Below are positions 26,231-37,399 of a DNA stretch of 61,280 nucleotides, in pieces. Source of the DNA: Gekko japonicus (lineage: Eukaryota); contig NW_015162578.1 in assembly GCF_001447785.1 (NCBI RefSeq), positions 100,050 through 161,329 on the forward strand, read 5' to 3'. The translations under genes and the position numbers were made by a program. The first letter of the stretch is position 1. Each line of letters opens with the position of its first letter. The notes below the pieces were generated by a model. The model was given only the letters and a program-made list of their open reading frames with translations. It ran no database searches and was not told the origin of the DNA.

Positions 26231-27852
26231 AAAGATGTAAAGATGTGAATAACAAAATTACCAGCGACATGGTTCATGAATTTGTGGAATTGCAGGACCT
26301 CTGGGATCTTATCAACGGATAGGACACTAAGCAATGCACTGATTTTAATGGGATGCATCCTACCAGCTCTCCCACTTGTGACCACTCAAAAGGCTATGCT
26401 GTGGATTGGACAAATGAACAAAAACTTGCTGGCATGAAATATTTCGCAGGGTTATTGCATTATTTAAAAATCTGTACATCAAATGTGCTACTGTTGTGCC
26501 TGAACTACTGATTGCATTCTTTAGTGTCATGTGGTGAGTGCTTTCTTTTCCTTCCAAGAATAGAAGAGCTGACAATCTGAGTTGGCATCTTGGCCCAGCA
26601 AGTTTAGGATTCATTTGGGGAGATTTCAAATTGTAATTGAACCATACCTACAGCATCATTAGTCCTGTGAACATTACCTCTGGTCACCTGCTTTGTTGTT
26701 ATAAAAAAGAAGTGGAACGTCCCTCCATACTTGTTGGCCAGATGTATTGGCTTGCCATCCTCCCAAATCCAGAACGGGAAGGGCTACAATTGGCTTCGGT
26801 GCCCTGGCCAGCAGAATCTGGCTTGCATCAATAAGAGGCTAAAGATCTTCATCACCCCCAGTTTCCTAACATCACCAGTCCAGAACACCTTTTAATATAT
26901 TTCATTATTCCACAACAACAGATAAATTCTTTCTCAGTGTAAATAAGTTATATTTAAACACAACTCCTCTGAAGTCAAAGATGAGATAAAGCAAAGACAG
27001 ACAGGAAGCAAGAAGAAGGTGAGCATGCAGAAAGTAGGAGAAACTCTCTCACAGCACAATCCTAAAGTGAGGGGGTGAAAGTGCTAAGGGAGCTGACTAG
27101 CCATTACTCTGGCCTATCTTATAGTGTCTGGGCCAGGGTATGTGATGGGAAGTAATTGGCTCCCAAAGCCCAGGAACACCTCCACATCAGTGGTGGAAAG
27201 TTCGTTGTTTGTTTTGCCATGGTCACAGCCAAGGGCGTAGACTTTCCAATTTTCCGGGGGGGGGGCTGGGGCTGGGCCAGAGGCATTGCTAAGTCATTAA
27301 AAGAACTGGGACCCAATGGTGGAAAGTTCGTTGTTTGTTTTGCCATGGTCACAGCTGATTTATGGTGACAACTTGGGTTTTACAAAGCAAGAGATATTCA
27401 GAGGTGGTATACCTTTGCCAATGCTCCCTCTAAGCTTTGGAGTCTTGTGAGCAAAAAATCTAGTTTGTGAGCTACTGGCATTGAAGTTGTGAGCAAGCAA
27501 TTTGGCTGCTGCATAAATTCTTGAAGGGGAGTGACAAGTGGAGTGCCTCAGGGATCTGTCCTGGGACCTGTTTTGTTCAATAGATTTATCAGTGATTTGG
27601 ATGAAGGGATAGAGGGAATGCTTATTAAATTTGCAGATGAAACTAAATTGGGAAGGATAGCCAATAAGGTAGAAGACAGAGTCAGGATACAGGATGATCT
27701 TGACAGGCTAGAAAACTGGGCTAAAACAAATAAATTCAATTTCAGTGGGGATAAATGTAAAGTTCTGCATTTAGGTAGGCAAAATCAAATGCATAATTAT
27801 AGGTTGGGGATGACTTGTCTTGGCAGTAATATGTGCAAAAAGGATCTAGGGG

Positions 27853-28389
27853 TGTCACAGTTCAAGTGGGGTGTCACCTGACACTGCCACCACTCTGGAT
27901 TTAGGATCCCTTGAGAAAGTCCAGAGCACCCTCCCAAGACCTTCAGACCTCCCTTTTGGCTGAATAATAGGCATGAAGACCAGGCAGAGTACAAAAAAAA
28001 GTTTATTTTATAGGAGGTCAAACAAACAAGGTGCAGAATAATAACAGTAAGTGGGTGAAAAGAAAAGAAATCAAATGCCCTAACATGTCTAAATATATAC
28101 TGTCCCGAACTCACTATCTCAATTGGCCTTAGACTACTTACCCTTCCATCAGGATGAGGGTCTCTTCCCCACAGCAGCCTCAGTCCTGTCTGGCTCTGTT
28201 CCCTGGGAAGAAGAAAAGCTTTCCCTGTTGTACCAGTTCTCTTATTCCCCAGCCCTCTTCTTCCTTATTGGTCAAAATCGGTGCCAAAACTTCCTAAGGC
28301 CTTCTGGGATTTGTAGGCCTAGCCTCCCCTAATGCTAGCCAGGCTCCATAGGCCTGATAGGCCATGCTTGCACAGCCCAGATCATGACA
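27853..28389. mobile_element. Solo LTR
   Basis: TGTCA...TGACA termini; 5-bp TSD AGGGG/AGGGA (one mismatch) inside the CR1. Confidence 0.7.
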
Positions 28390-28673
28390 AGGGATCTTGG
28401 TAGACCATACACTGGAATCAGCAGTGTGATGCAGTTGCTAAAAAGGCAAATTGTCAGATTGTCAGCAGAAGTATAGTGTCTAAATTATGTGAAATGATGG
28501 TACCACTTTACTCTGCTCTGCTTAAATCTCACCTAAAGTATTGTGTTCAGTTTGGGGCACCACAATTTAAGAAGGATGTAGACAAGCTGGAATGTGTCCA
28601 GAGGAGGGCAACAAAGATGGTGAGGGGGTCTGGAGACCAAGTCCTATGAGAAAAGATTGAAGGAGCTGGGTAT

Positions 28674-29858
28674 GGGTGCGTTCAGATGGGGCATTTAAGC
28701 TGGTATAGAAGCTGCTTAGAAATGGAGTACTTACATGCAATCATACGCATAACATCTGTCTTCTGTTCCTAACCATTGCCAACCATCACAAACATCCCTT
28801 AAACCGGTGTAATTTGCCACTAGGTACCCAGGTGGTGTTATCCTGAGTGCTACGGTTCTAGCCACTTTTTCCCTGTCTGATAGCCACTTCTGCTGGGAAG
28901 CCCGAGGCTTCCGCTTTTCGGTCGCCTTTTTTTTTTGCCTCAGCGATATGCTTGGTTTTAGGCTTCGGACGAGTCTGGCTCTTTTTGCTGTAAAAGTTTA
29001 AAGGGCAGTGTTCCTTCAGGGCATGCTTTTTGGGACAGGGTGTTCTGAGCCTGCGCAAAGATCTCAATTCTGTGGATGGCTGCCTATGCGCATGCACAAA
29101 ATCTAAAATAATAGTTTATTAAAAACCTCGCCGATGCGCTCTGCTGCACTCCTAGTGTGGACGCCCGGTAGCGATGTGTTGCGCGGTGGGGGAGGTGAGT
29201 GTGACTATGCTTGCCCCAGATCAAATTAGTCCACTTGGAACTGGATGTCAGAATTGGACCTGGAAGGGGGTCAGTATAGATATGCACTGGTGTTCTGATG
29301 TACATAGCCTTGCTTTGCCTTCTCTGCTTCTTTTAGAATTCTAAAAGCTTTATCTCTAAGTTCCCATACTGGGGCTCTATTCTCATGCTGATAGTAACAC
29401 CTGCTAGCAATGAATCAACTCAGTTACCCATCCTCCTCTGACATTCTCAGGCAGAGGGATAGTTGATACCTGCTCAAATGTCTATGGTAGATAGTACGCT
29501 AAGCAACCCTGTTCTAAAGATGCCTCCTCCACAATCAGCCAGGAGATTGTTCGCTTCTTATGACATGTCTTGGCCGGGCAGGAAGTGTATTGGATAAACA
29601 TTCTCACAGTAGACATTGTATTCTAGTAACCTGTCTTTATGCTATGTAACCATGACGTGTGAACGAAGGCTGTCCCAGAGTTCTCTTGAGGACACAAGTT
29701 GTATTGTATGTCAGTTCTGTCAAAGACCTTTGATTCAACTGCAACTCTGCTGATTGCTAATAAAATCTCTTAAAAGGACTTATCGCGTCTGAGAGTTACT
29801 GTGGAGCCTTACACCGGAGCAGTTTAAACCGCTCCCACCAGGCCGTCTGAACGCACCC
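28674..29858. mobile_element. PIF/Harbinger-like MITE
   Basis: TIR GGGTGCGTTCAGA/TCTGAACGCACCC; 3-bp TSD TAT. Confidence 0.8.
28808..29813 (+). mobile_element. Solo LTR (~1.0 kb) nested in the MITE
   Basis: TGTAA...TTACA termini, 4-bp TSD CCGG, AATAAA near 29759. Confidence 0.75.
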
Positions 29859-31419
29859 TATGTTTAGTCTGGAGAGCAGACGACAGAGAGGTAATATGAT
29901 AACCATGTTCAAGTACTTTAAGGGTTGTCATATAGAGGATGGTACAGAGTTGATTTCTTTTGTCCCAGAAGATTGGATCAGAACCAACGTGTTGAAATTA
30001 AATAAGAAGACTTTTTGGCTAAACATTAGGAAGAACTTCCTAACAGTTCAAGTGGTTCCTCAGTGGAACAGGCTTCCTTGGGAGATGGTGGGCTCTCCTT
30101 CTCTGGAGGTCCTCAAACAGAGGCTAGATGGCCATCCAACAGCAATGCTGATTGTGTTAACTTAGACAGATCATGAGAGGGAGAGCAGGAAGGGTTGCCT
30201 CAGTGCTTAGTTCTTGTGGCCCTTTCTTACGCACCCAGGGAAATGCTGATCGCCACTTTTGGGTCAGGAAACCATTTTTCTCCAGGCCACTTGGACTGGA
30301 GATCCTGGAGGTTTTTTGTTATCTTCTGGGCACGGAACAGTAGTCACTGCAGGTGTGGAGGGGGAGGCATTTGTGAATTTCCTGCCTTGCACAGGGGGTT
30401 GGACTAGATGACCCTGGAGGTCCATTCCAGCTCTATGATTTTATGACACACAGCCACACACACAAACACACACAGATAGAACACTCCACTCAGTTATAAC
30501 CTATGAATCATTCTGTGCTATGACTTCTAAAAATATAGGTATGATTTTAATTATCTCTCTTGGGGTTTGATTCCCTGTTCACAAAATATCTGATATTGTT
30601 CTTCTGTATGATAAAATGAAATCATTGCAACAGACTGCTGGAATACAGCAATAACATAGGATGTAGGAGTTTTTCAGCATGGGGGTGGGAAACACAGAGC
30701 AGAGAGTAAGCTGGCTGGAAGTGAATTATGTATGCTATGTGATATCATTTTTGTGAGTGCTCAGAGTAGCTTTAGATACACTGATCAGTGTTGCAAGGAA
30801 CAGTGCCATTATATTAGGTATCACCACAGTTTGGTTACAAAATTAAATTCATTAGCTTCAGATCTCTGGGACTGTAAAAAAAAATCAGAAACAGAGTATT
30901 CTTTGATGTAAGGGAAACACATTGCTGGAAGAAAGAGGAGTCACTGAGCTGAAAATGAAGAACTGAAGCCCAGAATCTGACATTTCTTATTTGGTATGTT
31001 GACATTTATGAAAATGTATGATGTACGTGAAGCTCTGACAGTAGGTCCATCTATAGATGGATTTCAGCTTGTGGGAGGGCTGAAGGATTTTGCACTGTGC
31101 TTATTCTTGTGGTAGCATGAGCCATCTGTCTGGCCATTGTCAGAAACAGGACGTTGGACTAGATGGACTATTAATTATGTTCGTAAAACACATTCTTCAA
31201 CTTGAGGAACAAGATATATGTTCTAGATGCATGCCATCAGTTTGTATTGAACTGCATTCTCTCTGTTTTCTTCTCTTAATGATATCTATGTGAAAACTAT
31301 CACATTGCATCTTAATGAGGCAAAATCAGGGATGAAAACATGCTGGGAAGGGCAAATACAGAACATGATCAGGTACACGAAAGGACTTCTTACAACATAT
31401 CTGTGCCAAAAAAGAAAAT

Positions 31420-31800
31420 AAATTATCACAATATTCCTAGAAATAGACGAGACTGGATTTCTTTTCTTCTGATAGCAGTAAAACTAGTGTTGGCTTCCAG
31501 ATGGAAAAATAAACAACCTCCAACTAATACTCAATGGATTAACAAACTGTGGGATTTCTTTGAAATGGCTAAACTATCTGATCAAATTCCTCTCTCTGAA
31601 TCACCAAATAATAATTCAAACTTTGCAGAATAATGGGTTCCAGTTCTGTCTTATCTTACCTCTAAAAAGGGTCCATATATAAAAACTCCCACATTCCTCT
31701 CTCTGAATCACCAAATTATAATTCAAACTTTGCAGAACAATGTGTTCCAGTTCTGTCTTACCTTACCACTAAAAAGGGTCCATATATAAAAACTCCCAAA
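31420..31800 (+). mobile_element. L1-like ORF2 C-terminal fragment with a ~108-bp tandem duplication
   Basis: LLIAVKLVLASRWKNKQPP..QW..LWDFFEMAKL. Confidence 0.6.
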
Positions 31801-31929
31801 AATTGGTTTATTTGCTCACTTTAAAACTTAAACTTTGTGGATTATAGTTGATGTGGATTATAGCTGATGTAGCATCTTCTTGCATTACTATTCTTAAATG
31901 CTCATATTGAATGTTATCATAGTATATTT

Positions 31930-32465
31930 ACTTCTTTGGAGGTTTTCAGACAGAGGCTAGATAGCCATCTGACAGCAATGTTGGTTGTATGAATTTAGGC
32001 AGATCATGAGGGGAAGGGCAGGAAGGGTTGCCTCAGTGCTTGTGGCCCTTTCTTACACACCCAGGGAAATGCTGATCATCCTTCTAAGCTGTGGAGTTTT
32101 GTGAGCAAAAAAATTTCTTTGTGAGCAACTGGCATTAAAGTTGTAAGGGAGCAATTTGGCTACTGCATAAATTAGTTTGCTCTGGAGCCATCCTTCCTGA
32201 GCTAAGACAAAAATATGTCAGCTGGAAGCTTAAAAACTGTGAACTAGCTCACACTAACTCAGCTTAGATGGAACACTGGTCAGGAAGCAATTTTTCTCCA
32301 GATCAGTTTGGTCAGGGTTCCTGGACGTTTTTTGGTCATCTTCTCGGCATAGAACAGCGGTCATTGCAGGTATGGAGGGGGAAGTATTTCTGAATTTCCT
32401 GCATTGTGCAGAGGGTTGGACTAGATGACCCCAGAAGTCCCTTCCAACTCTATGATTCTATGATA
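31930..32465 (+). mobile_element. CR1 3' end with an inserted hAT-like MITE (~32080-32278)
   Basis: Same 3' UTR as 30160-30445; ttctatgattctatgat tail. Confidence 0.8.
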
Positions 32466-34273
32466 CTACTTTAACAAACTGCTGTTCTTGTACTGTGTTC
32501 TTGCACTATATTCTGTATATTTATGATACTAGTTTATGTCATATATTGTTGTTCTCATCTTGTTGCTTTATTGTTAACAGTTGAAAATTTAATAAAATAT
32601 ATTTGTAAAAAAACCTTGACAGAAATTTGAAGGAAGGCACAGACACAGGCTTGAAACAAAGGTCCACAACTTTGATTGAAGATCATAAACACACAGGCTG
32701 AGTTCTGACTGGCAGTTTGAAGGGGTAGGGAGTTGTGGCAAGAAAAACCCGGAACAAACTGTTCCGGGTTTTCCCATTCACACTGCAGCGACTGATGCAG
32801 GAGCATACTGGGAGAAGGCGCAAGGGAGCGTTCACACGGTTCGCCTGGAGGCACAACTGTAATTATTTTTATTATTTTATTATTATTTAGATTTTTATCC
32901 CGCCCTCCCTGTAGGGAGGTGTTTTCCTCACTCCACGGCAGACGGCTATGCGCATTAGCGCTTATGCGCATCCCTGGGGCAACCGCCAGCACACATTATG
33001 AACACGGGTTGCCAGATTGACGTTCACAGTTCCAGGAAGCAGGATATACATGGGATAGACACGCTTTCCAGGGTTTGCTACCACTTTCACCTGGTATCTT
33101 TTAAACCCGGGAGCAAAGTGTTACAAGACGGGTTGAGTATGGGTGGGGAACGCCGGACAGATGTGCCTGTGTGAATGGCCCATTTAATCCAGTTGTGAAA
33201 CATTCCTCACACGGGCCTTTATCGGGGCAAACTGCCCATCTGAACTTGGCCACAATTAGGCCATAAGAAGTTAGGGTGTTACGAAGTCAGCTAACCTAAA
33301 TGAAATTGTGCAAAAACAAAGCCTAATGAGGACAGTAATTGTTCCAGTTCATATCCTCATGGTCCATAATGATATGATAGAATACCATCACTAAGAAACA
33401 TGGGATGGGCCTTGTGATCTTCAGGTACGGGGTACGTACTATATATTTCTTTGTAAATTACTGAGATTATCTTTTGTTGGACTGCTCTTGAAAGCAACCT
33501 GGAAACAGCAGCTCCTCCAGAGTGCAGCAGTTCTATTATCATCTGGGGCTAGCAAAGAACATCCTTTGCCTATTCTAAAAAAATTCTGCCTTTTGCGATC
33601 CACACACCTAAAGGATTGCCCCATATGGCCCTGTGCACCAGCTGTGGTCCTCAGGTTCTCACTTGCTAGCTTTCTTCCTACTTATGGTAGCCTGGTCAGC
33701 ATTAACTATAGCAGATGACTCTTGTATTGTAGTTCACTCAGTGGAATGGGCTTCCTGAGGAGGTGATGGGAGCTCCATCTCTAGAAATGCTTAGACAGCA
33801 CTGCAAGGCTATTCTGTCTGCCAGGGTTTTTATTAGTATCTTCTGGGATTTTGGGGGGTTTATTTTATGGCATATGCTATTTAATTTGTGAAGTGAAAGC
33901 TACCTTAAGGAGAGAGGAAAGGCAAGACATAAATATATATATATATATATAAAAAAAGAATACATACATACATACTTTGCAAAATCATAGAAGCAATTTA
34001 CAAATGGCCTCAAAAAAAAACTCAGGTGCTAGGTGTGAAAATAAAAGGAAAGCATCATGATTAGCCCTAACACACAATGATAGTAGGTGACACTCAAATT
34101 ATCAGTAAGGTGATGATTCCAAGAATTTTGCTACATATCATTCCTGGCCAGTGAAACTGGAACTCAGAACAATGTTCCCAAAGATATATGGATATATATG
34201 ATACATTACATACCTTATGTAATGGGTTTTTTTAATTCTGCCTTTTGCAGGTACACTATCGTGACGGTTTTGA

Positions 34274-35269
34274 ATGGCTCAGGACAACCAGACCTCAGGA
34301 GTGACAGAATTTATTCTGTTGGGCCTCAGCCAGAATTCCAAAGTGAATTTGTTCCTCTTTCTACTTTTTCTCATTATCTATATAACAACATGGATTGGGA
34401 ACCTCACCATTATCCTCACGGTGATCTTCATGCAACAGCTTCACACACCTATGTACTTTCTACTGGCCAACCTGGCTGGCACAGATATTGTTGATTCCAC
34501 AGTGACTGTTCTCAAAATGCTTGGAGGTCTCCTATCCCAACCCAATACCATCTCCTTTAACTGGTGTATTGCTCAGATTTTCTTTTTCCACTGCATTAGT
34601 GCTGCTGTAGATTTTTTCTTAGTGTTGCTGGCTGTTGATCGCTACATAGCTATCTATAAACCTCTGCAGTACTTGCTCATCATGAAACGAGAAGTTTGTA
34701 TAGGATTTGTAGCAGCTGCATGGATGAGTGGCTTTATTCACTCCATTGTGCAGATTGGGATTCTCGTTCAGCTGCCTTTCTGTGGACCCAACACGCTGGA
34801 CCATTTCTTCTGTGACATCTCCCAGTTTGTCAGACTGTCGTGTACTGACACATACATGACTGAGATACTGATGGTTACTAACAGTGGGCTACTCCTTGTG
34901 GTCATCTTTTTTGCCCTCCTTGTGTCATACTCTGTGATCTTGATCAAGATTAGGACACATGTGATGGAAGGGAGGCACAAAGCCCTTTCTACTTGTGCCG
35001 CTCAGCTCATGGTCGTAAGCATACATTTTGGACCTGCAATGTTCACTTATAATCAGCTTTTCAAAGTATTTCCGACTGAGAAGTTTGTTGCGCTAATGTA
35101 TACTCTCATCACACCAATGTTGAACCCATTAATTTATACTCTGAGAAATGCAGAAATGAAAAATGCTATTAGGAAACTCAAAAGAAAAATTTTGTCTTCA
35201 AGAAGAAATAGTTGTCCTTGCGGCCCAGATTTCAGTTCAGAGTACTTAAAATGTAGAAGATGCATTTAG
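34274..35269 (+). CDS. Olfactory receptor, OR4D-like, paralogue B1 (331 aa)
   Basis: LHTPMYFLLANLA, LAVDRYIAIYKPLQY, KALSTCAAQ, PMLNPLIYTLRN; splice acceptor ttttgCAG ending at 34250. Confidence 0.96.
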   Translation: MAQDNQTSGVTEFILLGLSQNSKVNLFLFLLFLIIYITTWIGNLTIILTVIFMQQLHTPMYFLLANLAGTDIVDSTVTVLKMLGGLLSQPNTISFNWCIAQIFFFHCISAAVDFFLVLLAVDRYIAIYKPLQYLLIMKREVCIGFVAAAWMSGFIHSIVQIGILVQLPFCGPNTLDHFFCDISQFVRLSCTDTYMTEILMVTNSGLLLVVIFFALLVSYSVILIKIRTHVMEGRHKALSTCAAQLMVVSIHFGPAMFTYNQLFKVFPTEKFVALMYTLITPMLNPLIYTLRNAEMKNAIRKLKRKILSSRRNSCPCGPDFSSEYLKCRRCI

Positions 35270-36529
35270 CAGGCTAGCTAATAGTTGCACAGGATTTGTG
35301 AGCCATAAAGAAAAAGGGGAAAATAAAATAAAACTTATCCTGTAGAAACTACTTTGGCACTGTGGCAGGGATTAACAGCCACCAAGAAGCAAAGTACCAC
35401 TGTTGGAATTTCATTATGGCTGCCTGTGACATTGGTCATTTGGTGAGGCAAATTTCAGTTCAGTGAATGTTTATGTGGATATGGATGGGTGCAAAATTTC
35501 TTCTTGCCACAAGGGAACCTGCTATAGACAGTTGGTTCAATGCCCAAAGGATAGTCCTTTATGGATCATGAAAAGAGTGCTAAGAGACATGTTGGAAGGA
35601 GTCACTCAGGGTCCTCCAGGAAAGAATGGAAGAGAGTTACGGTCAGTCACAGTAATCCCCCCCCCCAAAAAAAAATCATGCAGGTTAATAAGTTATGTAC
35701 TGTCTCCTTGGACCACTCCAAAGCTTGTACTAGGGTTCAATAGACTGGTACTGAGGATGTAGTTTGGAAGATAATTGGGTGAGACTGATTCCAGACCAAA
35801 ATTTCTCTTTCCCTTAGAGTATAATAAATTCTCAGCAAAGGTGCCACAAAGATAGCCAGCACAGAAAGTCATCAAACAGTCAAAACAGCACAAATAGCAA
35901 TCATACAGGGGATAAATAGAATGGCCAGCCCAGGAGATCATTAAACGAGCAGTACATCTATATCATTCCACTGATAACTGGAGATGAATTCTGGAATATA
36001 AGCCCTCCACATACTGAAGTGACACCCTAAATGAGAATAGGCCATATGTGATTANNNNNNNNNNNNNNNNNNNNNNNNNNNNNNNNNNNNNNNNNNNNNN
36101 NNNNNNNNNNNNNNNNNNNNNNNNNNNNNNNNNNNNNNNNNNNNNNNNNNNNNNNNNNNNNNNNNNNNNNNNNNNNNNNNNNNNNNNNNNNNNNNNNNNN
36201 NNNNNNNNNAAAAGCCCAGCAGGAACTCATTAGCATAATAGGCCATACACAACAGCAGGAACTCATGTTACCAAAATTGTGGTCATCCAGCCACACCCAC
36301 CTTTTGCTTCTTATTCTCTTTACCTTTTTTGTTGTCAAAACCCAGGACTTTTTGTTTGCAGCAGGAACTCCTTTGTATGTTAGGCCACACCCCCTAATTG
36401 TAGCAAATCCTAATTAGTTTCTGCTGTTGGGTGTGGCCTATTATGTTAATGAGTTCCTGCTGGGCGTGGCCAACTTGGGAGCCAGCCGGAACTCCATTCC
36501 TGTGCGTTCCTGCCCCAAAATAGCCCTGC

Positions 36530-36564
<35 letters not shown>

Positions 36565-36576
36565 ATCTATCTATCT
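36530..36576. repeat. (TATC)n microsatellite
   Basis: Direct sequence. Confidence 0.95.
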
Positions 36577-36995
36577 CTGATATATATAAAAGCCCTAACA
36601 CGTTGACACTTTCCAGCTCTCCTGTTGGTTATGCTGTGCACTCCATCAGCCACAAGCCAGTCAACTGCCACTCAAGAGTAATTGTGTGCTATTGACTGAG
36701 TGCAGGGTCCACTCCTCTTCCCAGCCCACTGCCAGCTTGGCCACTTCCCTGACAGAATAAACTAACAAAACGGATGTCTCTCCTGCTTGGCTCCTCCATG
36801 GCTGGATGACTACTGAGGTGGGCCAGTGGCCATCAAACCCACTCTTCAACCTCCCGCTGTGTGGCTGAATTTCCCCTAGGGATGTCAATATCCAGGTGGG
36901 ACCTGGAGATCTCCCGCTTTTACAATGATCTCCAGATGCCAGATGACAATAATTGTATTGTATTATGGCATAAGCCAATTTGTTCCTCATTGTGT

Positions 36996-37040
36996 TTGAC
37001 CTCTGAAGGAGGCCTAAACAGGCTGAAATGTGTCAGGTAA
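36996..37040 (+). ncRNA. Degenerate minimal hammerhead ribozyme motif (Penelope-type)
   Basis: acct-CTGAAGGAG-gcct-aaac-aggc-TGAAA-tgtg-TC-aggt; stems present, core mutated and CpG-decayed. Confidence 0.5.
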
Positions 37041-37399
37041 ACTCCATTGGCCCTTGGGTGTATGATTTTGGTATTTTTATATGAGGTGTAATTGGGCCCT
37101 TATATGTTTTTTAATCCTTTACTAATAAATACATGTATTTTTATATTACATACATTAAGTTTTAATTGTTTTAATTGTTGCCCTCTACTCCATTTGACTT
37201 ACCTCTTTAGGTTCTTGATAGCAGTTCATGCTTCAGAGCAGGGTCTGCCAGACCAGGTTCTTGCTGTGGAAGCTGAGTGGGTGGTTTCAGACCAGTTACA
37301 GATTTTCAGCCTAACCTACCTCACAGGGTTGTTGTGCAAGTCAAAAGGGGGAGAACAGAATGATGTAAGCTGCTTTGGTCCCCACTTCTGAGACTAAAG

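Larger units (their letters stand above)
23490..27420. promoter_or_regulatory. Duplicated OR upstream cassette, copy 2, between divergent A2 and B1 and split by SINE and L1 insertions
   Basis: Colinear with 12314-14100; O/E site TCCCTCGGGA at 24518-24527; minus-strand ACTTTTTTAATGATGTCCCTTGTGG at 24670-24694; donor AAG|GTGAGC at 27019. Confidence 0.55.
27520..30445 (+). mobile_element. CR1 LINE 3' part, interrupted by nested elements
   Basis: SGVPQGSVLGP and KFADET; 3' UTR ending ttccagctctatgattttatga. Confidence 0.9.
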
